A stretch of DNA of 41,680 nucleotides from a virus (lineage: Duplodnaviria > Caudoviricetes), in the IMG/VR virus record IMGVR_UViG_3300037604_000083, positions 1 to 41,680 of that record. The stretch is one strand, 5' to 3'. The notes under the pieces are model-generated. The model saw only the letters and a program-made list of their open reading frames with translations. It ran no database searches and was not told where the DNA came from. The position numbers and the translations under genes were made by a program. Positions 1 to 8,000 of the stretch are shown piece by piece (position 1 is the stretch's first letter; the number at the start of each line of letters is the position of its first letter).

Positions 1-918
1 ATGACTTCTGTCATCGATCTTTTCGCGGGAGCCGGTGGCTTTTCGACAGGGGCAGCAATAGCGGGCTGCGAGGTTTTATGGGCAGCCAACCACTGGCCAG
101 AGGCGGTGGAGTGGCACGCAAGAAACCACTCCGATGCACAGCACCTGTGCCAGGACTTGCACCAGGCCGACTGGTCGCAAGTGCCCGCACACGACATAAT
201 GCTTGCCAGCCCCTGTTGTCAGGGTCACAGCCGGGCAAGGGGAAAGGGTGCCGGAAACCCACAACATGACGCCAGCCGGTCTACAGCCTGGGCTGTCGTA
301 TCAGCCGCCGAATACCATCGCCCGCCCATTGTGATTGTTGAAAACGTGCCGGAGTTTTTGAGGTGGGAACTTTACCCTGCCTGGGCATCGGCCATGCGCG
401 CACTGGGCTACACTGCGTCCCCCCACATCATCGATGCCGCCGATCTGGGCGCGCCTCAGAACCGCGTGCGGCTGTTTCTTGTACTCACGCGTAGTGACAA
501 GCCCCTAACGTTAAGCCTTGCCACATTGCCGCACAGGCCAGCCAGTGAGTTTATAGACTTTGGGGCGGGCAGATGGTCGCCTGTTGAAAAACCCGGCAGG
601 GCGGCTGCGACGCTCGAACGAGTGCGGCATGGAAGGCAGTCATTCGGTGAGCGATTTTTAATCTCCTACTACGGCAACACAAAAACCGCTCGAAGCCTTG
701 ATCGACCAATCGGCACGATCACGACCCGGGATAGATGGGGCATTGTGGACGGCGACAGGATGCGGATGCTGTCGCGCTGGGAGTGCCGGGACGCCATGAC
801 ATTCCCGGGTAGCTATCAAATGCCTGAAAATCACCGAGCCGCCGTGCACTTGCTGGGTAATGCCGTCTGCCCAGTGCCGGCGGCCCGGATAATCGAAGCG
901 GTTAGGGCTGCGGCCTGA
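1..918 (+). CDS. DNA (cytosine-5)-methyltransferase, orphan
   Basis: Motif I DLFAGAGG, catalytic SPCCQGHS, ENV, Q-R-R (QNRVR), C-terminal LGNAV. Confidence 0.95.
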   Translation: MTSVIDLFAGAGGFSTGAAIAGCEVLWAANHWPEAVEWHARNHSDAQHLCQDLHQADWSQVPAHDIMLASPCCQGHSRARGKGAGNPQHDASRSTAWAVVSAAEYHRPPIVIVENVPEFLRWELYPAWASAMRALGYTASPHIIDAADLGAPQNRVRLFLVLTRSDKPLTLSLATLPHRPASEFIDFGAGRWSPVEKPGRAAATLERVRHGRQSFGERFLISYYGNTKTARSLDRPIGTITTRDRWGIVDGDRMRMLSRWECRDAMTFPGSYQMPENHRAAVHLLGNAVCPVPAARIIEAVRAAA

Positions 919-945
919 ATTGGACGCCACCACTATGGAGATCAT

Positions 946-1020
946 ATGACCACCCACTTCGGAGATTGCCGGAAACCAATGCATCTAGAGCGCACCGCGC
1001 AGCAAGGGCTTGAGCTGTGA
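946..1020 (+). pseudogene. Possible internally deleted amino-methyltransferase relic (24 aa)
   Basis: GGAG RBS; MTTHFGDCR resembles the N-terminal GDC motif and ERTAQQGLEL resembles the C-terminus of phage N4/N6 MTases. Confidence 0.35.
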
Positions 1021-1131
1021 AGAACAACCCGAGGAGCGTCTGCCAGTCCGTGACGACGGAGCCAGACAACGTGAGCCGGACGCCTACTGGCAGGGGTATG
1101 GCCGGACATTTATGCAAGGGAGAAATAGAGC

Positions 1132-1629
1132 ATGAGTGAAAAGTGCTTCGTCATCAAAGACGGGCTTTATTACCGCCCGAATTCTGTGGGCTATACGGCG
1201 GTCATGTGCCGAGCGGGTTTGTTTGACGTCGAAACAGGCCAACGCTGGGCCCAGCAATCAGGTGGCGAGTTGAAGGTTCTCCCGCTAAGTGACCTAGAAA
1301 AACATGAGATCAATCGCCTTATAGCTGACTCCATTAATCTGTCTCAGATAATGGATCAATTGGCGATCAGCGATGAGGCAGTTCTTTTACCGCGAAAACT
1401 GACTGCCGAGAACGGCGCCAAGTCACTGCTGATGGGTGAATTCTCAGAGAAAGTCCAAGTAGCTTGCGCCCAGTGTGCCGACATTCCAGAAGACTCTTGT
1501 CCTGACTGCAATGGAACTGGCTACGTGGATGGTGAGGTTCCGGTAAGTTGGGACACGCTTAAGCGCATCTACGCGATGGTGGTGGAGCACCTTGGGGCCT
1601 CGGAGCTGGAGCACGGTCATGGTCGATAG
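1132..1629 (+). CDS. Hypothetical phage protein with CxxC...CxxCxGxG zinc finger
   Basis: RBS GGAG; CAQC...CPDCNGTG. Confidence 0.75.
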   Translation: MSEKCFVIKDGLYYRPNSVGYTAVMCRAGLFDVETGQRWAQQSGGELKVLPLSDLEKHEINRLIADSINLSQIMDQLAISDEAVLLPRKLTAENGAKSLLMGEFSEKVQVACAQCADIPEDSCPDCNGTGYVDGEVPVSWDTLKRIYAMVVEHLGASELEHGHGR

Positions 1630-1960
1630 CGACACTCCCGACCAGCCCATATTCATAGAAGGCGAAACCGGTGCCGACCAGTCACAAAGGCTCGGCCTAC
1701 TACCCTGCCCGTTCTGCGCCGGCCCACCCGCACTATTCTGCGAAGAAAAGACATTCACGTTCAATGGCCGGAGCGACACCTATTGGGATTGCCATGTGTT
1801 TTGCCATGAGTGCGGGGCAACCGCTGAAAATAGCCACCTGGCATGGGATCTCGACATTGATGCAAGCAAAGATGACTCCGCTAGGTATGCAATAAAGGCC
1901 TGGCAGCAGCGCGATAGAAGGAATTCTCATATGTACCCCATTTTATCGGAGAAAAACTGA
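1619..1960 (+). CDS. Lar family restriction alleviation protein
   Basis: LLPCPFCAG...CHECGA...AIKAW pattern; ATG at 1619 overlaps the upstream gene. Confidence 0.75.
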   Translation: MVDSDTPDQPIFIEGETGADQSQRLGLLPCPFCAGPPALFCEEKTFTFNGRSDTYWDCHVFCHECGATAENSHLAWDLDIDASKDDSARYAIKAWQQRDRRNSHMYPILSEKN

Positions 1961-1961
1961 A

Positions 1962-2150
1962 ATGAGCACAATGTCTCGCCGTTCGTTCTTGAGGACCACC
2001 CTGTCCAGCGCTGTTGCAATCGCCGTATTGGAAAGCCGATATGAATCCCAGTATCAAGGAGTCGGACGGAGCCGAATCCATCCACTAGACCCCGGTAACG
2101 CAAAAATGGAGTTTATGATTCGGTTTGACTATCTGGTGCTGGAGCGATGA
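1962..2150 (+). CDS. Hypothetical protein
   Basis: Tightly packed ORF; SRRSFL near the N-terminus. Confidence 0.5.
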   Translation: MSTMSRRSFLRTTLSSAVAIAVLESRYESQYQGVGRSRIHPLDPGNAKMEFMIRFDYLVLER

Positions 2151-2362
2151 CTATTTGTAGCGTATGCCTAGTAGAGGTGCGCCACGCAGACGATATCCGA
2201 CACCTGGCAATCTATTGCAAAGGCAGCGAGGGAATCAACGTCTGCAATGACTGTGATCTCGCTATATCCAACCACGTCTCAGCTATGAGAAGCGTTGCCG
2301 CAAGGTCGAAACGGCAAGCACTGATACCCCATAGGCGAGGCTCTCATGGCCGATATAGATAG
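2147..2362 (+). CDS. Hypothetical zinc-binding protein
   Basis: ATGA overlap; CSVC...CNDC. Confidence 0.6.
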   Translation: MTICSVCLVEVRHADDIRHLAIYCKGSEGINVCNDCDLAISNHVSAMRSVAARSKRQALIPHRRGSHGRYR

Positions 2363-2687
2363 TTTGAAGGACTTCTCGACTCAGGAACTGCTCGAAGAAG
2401 TATCGCGTAGGAAGCGCACAGCAGAAAATGCTGGAGATGTCGTCGAGAACTGGTGTGCTGATTGCGCAAACTTCAATGCAGCGAAAGCGATTCCGGAAAA
2501 AGACCTCGACAAATACAACCCTTGCATAAAGGGGCACACGATGGATTTCAAGATGCCCGAGGGTTACTGTGATGATTTCGGATTTTACAGAGTTTTGTGC
2601 TCTGATCGAGAGTCGTTACCCCAGCCCACACAGCCCGAGCCGCCAAGAGGATCGCCAGACTGGTCAAGCCACCGCCTGAAGCTCTAA
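2346..2687 (+). CDS. Hypothetical Cys-containing phage protein
   Basis: GAGG RBS, coupled ORF. Confidence 0.65.
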   Translation: MADIDSLKDFSTQELLEEVSRRKRTAENAGDVVENWCADCANFNAAKAIPEKDLDKYNPCIKGHTMDFKMPEGYCDDFGFYRVLCSDRESLPQPTQPEPPRGSPDWSSHRLKL

Positions 2688-2743
2688 CCCCGTAGCCTAT
2701 AAACAAACGCCATTTTAAAAAAGGCCTGCTCTCCCACTATTGC

Positions 2744-2772
2744 ATTATAGGGCCTTTGGCCCTTTATGTACA
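2744..2772 (-). promoter_or_regulatory. Leftward sigma70 promoter with operator AGGGCC-N3-GGCCCT
   Basis: Minus strand TGTACA-N17-TATAAT; palindrome at 2749-2763. Confidence 0.6.
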
Positions 2773-2814
2773 GCCCTATAGAGAAAAAATCCCCATATAA
2801 ATTAAATTATAACA

Positions 2815-2843
2815 TTGACTTTAAGGGCCGTTGGCCCTATTAT
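2815..2843 (+). promoter_or_regulatory. radC promoter with operator AGGGCC-N3-GGCCCT
   Basis: TTGACT-N17-TATTAT; palindrome at 2824-2838. Confidence 0.8.
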
Positions 2844-2894
2844 ACTCACATGCCCGGCGATAACCGCAAGGGCGCAACCCGAAAGGAAGATAGC

Positions 2895-3332
2895 ATGAAC
2901 GACGATCAGATAGTCCAAAAAGCTCGCGAAATCCTCGCCGCGAGAATGTGTAAAGGTGCCGTGATAGGCTCGCCATCGGACTCAGTAGATTTCTTGGTCT
3001 TACAACTGGCCGAGCACGAGTCCGAGGCCTTCTGCGTCATCTACCTTAACTCACAGAACCAAGTGATTGAGTTTGCAGAAGAGTTCCGAGGCACTATTGA
3101 CGGCGCGGCCGTCTATCCCCGCGAGATTGTGAAAGCTGCACTGAGCAAGAATGCCGCCGCCGTCATCTTTGCGCACAACCACCCTTCCGGCGTCGCCGAG
3201 CCTTCTGCGGCTGATCAACGCATCACCGACCGGTTGATCGCTGCGCTGGGCTTGATCGACGTACGCGTGCTCGACCACATCATCGTGGCAGGGAACAACA
3301 CGTTTAGCTTTAGAGAGCATGGCCTTTTATAG
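2895..3332 (+). CDS. radC: RadC-like JAB domain protein (short MGE form)
   Basis: E..., VYPREIV, AHNHPSG...S..D, VLDHIIV; AGGA RBS before ATG 2895. Confidence 0.92.
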   Translation: MNDDQIVQKAREILAARMCKGAVIGSPSDSVDFLVLQLAEHESEAFCVIYLNSQNQVIEFAEEFRGTIDGAAVYPREIVKAALSKNAAAVIFAHNHPSGVAEPSAADQRITDRLIAALGLIDVRVLDHIIVAGNNTFSFREHGLL

Positions 3333-3366
3333 GCCATGCTACACCCCCCAACCTGGAGATTTAGAC

Positions 3367-3657
3367 ATGACAGAGAAACGAGCCGAATACAAATCAGGCG
3401 CAAGCCCTGGAACGCTTCCCAGCGCTACACTTTTGCGCTTCTCACATCCAGAGTACGAGCACCCTACCCCGGCCGATGTCCGCACGCTCAAGGATATTAG
3501 TGGATTGACTGGCAAGGAACTGTGTGAAATGGCCGGCGTGCTAGACGCACGAACGTGGCGGCGATGGTCGCAAGAATCGGACAAGGCCGGAGCCAGGCCT
3601 ATTCCATATTCGACGTGGCGGCTGCTGTTGCTTGAGCTGGGGATCGTAGACTACTGA
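3367..3657 (+). CDS. KorC-like HTH transcriptional repressor
   Basis: PTPADVR...GLTG...RTWRRW...IPYSTWRLL...GI parallels IncP KorC as recalled (PTGAEIR...GLTG...RTVRRW...IPYAAWAIL); GGAG RBS. Confidence 0.7.
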   Translation: MTEKRAEYKSGASPGTLPSATLLRFSHPEYEHPTPADVRTLKDISGLTGKELCEMAGVLDARTWRRWSQESDKAGARPIPYSTWRLLLLELGIVDY

Positions 3658-3668
3658 AACGTTTTTAC

Positions 3669-3697
3669 TTGACAATGCGGGCCTATGGCCCTATTAT
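3669..3697 (+). promoter_or_regulatory. Sigma70 promoter with operator GGGCC-N3-GGCCC, facing the 3' end of the tail gene
   Basis: TTGACA-N17-TATTAT; palindrome at 3679-3691. Confidence 0.75.
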
Positions 3698-3763
3698 GGT
3701 ATTGTGAAAAGAGAGACCGAGTTTGCGGAAATGCCGTTTATCTTCGAAACTAAGCATTTATTC

Positions 3764-6700
3764 CTAGTCACCGTTGTACATTAGCGCGCACAGCACATAA
3801 TACTCGGGCTCGAAGGTCTCTGATTCCTCTACACGGTGCCGGTGAAGTACGCCGTTTTTGTGGTGCAGCTGCTCAATCTCGAAGTTTTCGACAGTTGTGC
3901 TTTCGTCGTCGTGATCGTGCGATCGATAGGCGGACCATTTGTCGATAGACAGGGTATTGTCACCCAGCAGCCTGCTCTCCTTACCCAGGGGCGCCACTTC
4001 CAGATATCTGTCACGCAGATCATCGGTGCCGTTATTTCCATTACAGAGATACCACCCGGTGAAGGGCTGCTCTGCCGGGTCTCCTGGGGATAACCACAGC
4101 ACGCACATGCCGTTACCCACCTGGAAATCACCCCCGCTACCGCTGTAGAACGCCATACGGGCTCTTTTCAGGCGGCGTACGACCTCTATGGTGTAGTCGT
4201 GCGTGTGTGCACCACCGCCCGCAGCATCGCCGTTAACCTGGTTGTCGAAGTCCAGGGGGTTGACGCCGTTTTCGAGTGTTTCTGTCCAGTGGTTGTGAAA
4301 GTCATTCGCGCTATCGACTGTAAAGCTGATATTGCGCTGGCCTACACCGGCATTGGCGTTTGAGGCCGCCGCCATGATCAACCGGTTTTGATTCGCCACG
4401 GTGCGCACCAGGTTGGCAACCTGGATGTTGTTCTGGCCAAAGATCGTGGCCACTTCGGGGAACGTCGAGCTACTGGAACCCGTCTTGCGAATCAGTACAG
4501 ACTCTCTGCGGTAGTAGTTGGGGTTAAAACTGCCGGTGTCGAAGGTATGCGCATGCCCGCCCTTGCTGCCATTGTCGGGCACGAACCGGGGTATTAATGG
4601 CGAACCGCCGCGGGCCTCAAACTTGCGCACGTTGAACGATTCCTGTCCGGCAGTAGTGTGCGCGCCATCAGTTGACGTGCTGCCTGAAAAACCTGCGAAA
4701 GTGGCAGCGCCGCCCGTATCTCCTGCATCGCTTGCATCACCTAACAGCTTGATGTATTTGCCGTTGGCGGCGCTGAACAACTCCCACCCACTAGGCACAG
4801 TGCCATCGCTCGAAATGACTATCATGCCCGCATGCACCTGGCCATTCGCCGGTGGTACGGTAATCTCGTCGGGGTGGTGGGATTCGTAGTATCGGATGCC
4901 AGAGACCTGGTAACGGCCGGGCTCATAGTTATCCACAGACTCCACCCGCGCATACACGGTGAGGCCATATTCAAGATCGGGGACCTCGACCACAGTGCCC
5001 TTCTGCAGCGCGATGCCCAGGTCAGTTGTTTTCCAGCGAACCCGGGAGCGGTTGCGCATACGCTGCACACGGGTGTTGCCCTTGTTCGCCGCCTCTTCGA
5101 CCCGATAGACACCCTCCATATCGACCTTGGTTTCGATGAGGGGAACATCACCGGTGTCTACGCCGGGCAAGCGGACTGTAGAGGGCGTCTTTTGCCAGTT
5201 CGGGCTGTTGATCTCCTCCTGGGTGTAATCAATCGTGACGCTGGTCGGCGAGTCGGTATCTGAAAGACCGGTGATCTCCAGCGAGCCGGGGAGGATATCA
5301 GCGTCTTTCCAGAACTTGCGGCGCACCGACACCCGCGTGATCACCCCGGTATAGCCCGCATCCTTGTACGCCTGCAGCGTTGCGCCATTTTCGCTGCCGT
5401 CGGCTACAAACTCGACTGAATGAAAAACACCGGTCACCGCCGTATAGTCAATCAGCACTGTGCCACCGAGTTCCAGGCGCACGCTGCCACCGCTGGCAGT
5501 CAGCAGGGCAAGCTGTGCGACGTAGGTCACGCCGGGCTCGAAGTCTTTGACGACGGTCTGGCTGATCGCGCTAGCAGTGCCTGCACTGGCAGCCATCAAG
5601 CTCAGTGACGGGACGTATGACCACCCCGCGCCCAATGTCCAGCCAGTAGCGCCTTCCTGGAAGCTGGGATACTCGCCCATTTCCCAGCCGGACGGATTAA
5701 GCGCGCTCACCTTGCGATCGGGCACAACCTTAACGCCGGAGCCGTCCATGAACCAGAAGCACTCGGCATAGGAAGCAAGCGCATCGAGCCAGGCTTCTGT
5801 CGAGCGAACCTGTGAAACCGATAGCGCGAGTCTGGCACGATCCACACCACCCACTTGCTCGCGGTTCCACGCGGCGGCGTCGAATATGCCGTCATACGAC
5901 GTAGCGCCCAGCCCAATCACAGGGTCTGTGGATAAGTCTCTATGGCAGAGAATTGACAAGTCATCGTAAACCCGGCCAGCCACCTCGGCAGCGGTGTCGG
6001 TGTACGGTTGCCCGTCCGAGCCAGCGCGCTGGCCACCGTAGCGAACCGCGTTTTTAGTGAGCCGGGCGCACAGAAAAAGGCCATTGAAGCCCGAAGCGCC
6101 ACCCGCCGCAGTGCCGAACTTGGGCGTGACGCCCGAGGCGTCGTTGATCGAGTCAGTGCTGGCTATGCGGTGCTCGATTTCGTCGTCGACGTGGAAAATG
6201 TATTCTCGGCCGGTCCATTCGATGCAGATATCGATCAAGTCGAAAACGACGATTGCTCCGGCTTTGATGGTCACGCCGCTCGCAATGTCCCAGGTTGTGC
6301 CATCGCTGGACATATCGACTTTGAGGTCTGCGCCGTCATGAAACAGTCGCAAGCCCCTGGAACTGGAGCCGTCGCCCTTGGTGTAGATATACCGCATACC
6401 GGTCACGCCGATGGGCGCGGCCTTGATCTCGAACGTGAACGGCTCGGAGCCAAACCGGGTGGCAGTAACGTCCGGTATCTCGATGTAGTCGCCGGTGCCG
6501 TCTGTGATGGCATAGCCATTGAGCATGGCGGCGTTGGCGTACCAGGTCGTGCTGTGGTCATGCGTGCTGAAATCCAGCCCGGTCGTCGGTGTAGTGCCGT
6601 TATCCCCACTAAACCGGATATCAAAGCCCAGGTCTTCCAGGTAGGGATCGGTCTGGGTTTTCAAGGGGTCTACAATCTGGCGACCCTTGCCGATCACCTG

Positions 6701-7135
6701 GAACCTTGGGGCGCTGGTAAAGGTGCCGCTCGGGATCTTGAACACCGAGTAAGCAATGCCGACATCGCCATCAGGCGTGCGCAGTATCATGTCATCGGTG
6801 AGCGTGGGCTTTATTTCCAGCAGGAAGGGATCAACGCCCTGGCTTAGCGTACCGCGATAGGAGTTAACCTGGACGCCAGCAGGCAGGGCCGCACCGTTGA
6901 TGTAGTATTTTTCGTACTCATGAATGACGCCATAGCCCCAGAACACGCAGACAATGAAATCACCCGCGCCGTTGTAGCCATTGAGCCCGATGAACGGCGC
7001 CCAAGGTTTGCGGCCGTAGTGCACGGGAATAGGCGCATCCTGCGCGCTCATTTCAAGTGACAGGTCAGCAGGGGTACTTTTGAAGGTGTTTTGCTCTTTC
7101 GCGGTCAGGCGGCCGCGTGCGCGGGAGGTCGTCAT
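3764..7135 (-). CDS. Central tail tip/host-specificity protein with LamG-like, CBM-like and three collar-like domains
   Basis: Last tail gene; IPVHYG and GIAY motifs of J-like hubs; LamG-like segment; VPSGW and GWYLCNGNNGT collar motifs. Confidence 0.85.
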   Translation of the reverse strand: MTTSRARGRLTAKEQNTFKSTPADLSLEMSAQDAPIPVHYGRKPWAPFIGLNGYNGAGDFIVCVFWGYGVIHEYEKYYINGAALPAGVQVNSYRGTLSQGVDPFLLEIKPTLTDDMILRTPDGDVGIAYSVFKIPSGTFTSAPRFQVIGKGRQIVDPLKTQTDPYLEDLGFDIRFSGDNGTTPTTGLDFSTHDHSTTWYANAAMLNGYAITDGTGDYIEIPDVTATRFGSEPFTFEIKAAPIGVTGMRYIYTKGDGSSSRGLRLFHDGADLKVDMSSDGTTWDIASGVTIKAGAIVVFDLIDICIEWTGREYIFHVDDEIEHRIASTDSINDASGVTPKFGTAAGGASGFNGLFLCARLTKNAVRYGGQRAGSDGQPYTDTAAEVAGRVYDDLSILCHRDLSTDPVIGLGATSYDGIFDAAAWNREQVGGVDRARLALSVSQVRSTEAWLDALASYAECFWFMDGSGVKVVPDRKVSALNPSGWEMGEYPSFQEGATGWTLGAGWSYVPSLSLMAASAGTASAISQTVVKDFEPGVTYVAQLALLTASGGSVRLELGGTVLIDYTAVTGVFHSVEFVADGSENGATLQAYKDAGYTGVITRVSVRRKFWKDADILPGSLEITGLSDTDSPTSVTIDYTQEEINSPNWQKTPSTVRLPGVDTGDVPLIETKVDMEGVYRVEEAANKGNTRVQRMRNRSRVRWKTTDLGIALQKGTVVEVPDLEYGLTVYARVESVDNYEPGRYQVSGIRYYESHHPDEITVPPANGQVHAGMIVISSDGTVPSGWELFSAANGKYIKLLGDASDAGDTGGAATFAGFSGSTSTDGAHTTAGQESFNVRKFEARGGSPLIPRFVPDNGSKGGHAHTFDTGSFNPNYYRRESVLIRKTGSSSSTFPEVATIFGQNNIQVANLVRTVANQNRLIMAAASNANAGVGQRNISFTVDSANDFHNHWTETLENGVNPLDFDNQVNGDAAGGGAHTHDYTIEVVRRLKRARMAFYSGSGGDFQVGNGMCVLWLSPGDPAEQPFTGWYLCNGNNGTDDLRDRYLEVAPLGKESRLLGDNTLSIDKWSAYRSHDHDDESTTVENFEIEQLHHKNGVLHRHRVEESETFEPEYYVLCALMYNGD

Positions 7136-7656
7136 TATCGCTTGCTCGCGAGGGGATACTGGTCACCCTCATGCGTGATGATCGTGCCAGGCGAAGGGAT
7201 CGTCGAAGTTAGCAGGGTGAAGGTGTGGCGAGGCGTGAATTTGCCGGACAGATCCTTGTGCACCACTTTGACAGTGACGCGGCCGCCGGCGAGCTGTGAA
7301 CTGTCGATCACGCCATCGATTTCCAGATACGCCTGAGACTCTGAATAATCCTCCTCGGCAACAGGATCACCCGCAATTGAGTATATCTGGCACATTTTGC
7401 CACCGCGCCACGTCTCGCCATCCACCTCCTCAGCACGCTCAACACTGGCGGCCAGCGTGATTGTGGCGCTCTTGTCGCCATTGATCACAATCGAGGTGAT
7501 GTCGCCGGTGACGTAGCTTTCGCCGTTGAAAACCACACCCCCGGACGCTGACAGCGTTTCAAGGATTCCGCCATGCTCCCAGCGAACCACCTTGATCGGG
7601 CGCGTGACGGGCGATGTGAGGCGCTCAAAGGCCTGTGTGCTTACCCCCCGGGTCAT
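7135..7656 (-). CDS. Minor tail protein
   Basis: Position between the Dit-like and tip genes; coupled. Confidence 0.65.
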   Translation of the reverse strand: MTRGVSTQAFERLTSPVTRPIKVVRWEHGGILETLSASGGVVFNGESYVTGDITSIVINGDKSATITLAASVERAEEVDGETWRGGKMCQIYSIAGDPVAEEDYSESQAYLEIDGVIDSSQLAGGRVTVKVVHKDLSGKFTPRHTFTLLTSTIPSPGTIITHEGDQYPLASKR

Positions 7657-8000
7657 ACGATTCTGGCTCGGTATTCAAAAACCACGCTGTAGTAGGATGC
7701 ACCCACCCGCTGGGTCTCGTAGCGGCCACGCCACAACGACCCCTCAAAGTCGATGCCGTCGATCGTCCAGGTGATGGTGTTGAGCTTGTTCGTTGTCAGG
7801 AATGAGACCAGCGTGTTTTTCTCGGTCTCAGTCAGCACAGGAAAACGGCAGGCGATCAGCGCCCAGTCGTCAGTGGTGAGCACGCGTGAACGACTGGCGC
7901 CACCCGCTACAATATCGCTCTCGACACCCTGATCGATGGGAATGGGGGTCTCTCGGAGCATCTTGTCGCCAATGCTCGTGGGGAATGCGACCGTGGCCAT
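7653..8000 (-). CDS. Distal tail protein-like (gpM position)
   Basis: Immediately after the tape measure gene; 115 aa, beta-rich. Confidence 0.6.
   Translation of the reverse strand: MATVAFPTSIGDKMLRETPIPIDQGVESDIVAGGASRSRVLTTDDWALIACRFPVLTETEKNTLVSFLTTNKLNTITWTIDGIDFEGSLWRGRYETQRVGASYYSVVFEYRARIV

Noticed and set aside
1962-2150. Tat signal peptide (SRRSFL)
   Set aside because: The ORF is only 62 aa with a weak h-region and no evident passenger domain
2766-2894. N-terminal extension of RadC given in the ORF track
   Set aside because: It overlaps the promoter/operator region; the RBS supports ATG 2895
3764-4200. Diversity-generating retroelement target in the tail tip
   Set aside because: No reverse transcriptase gene and no template repeat seen in the window
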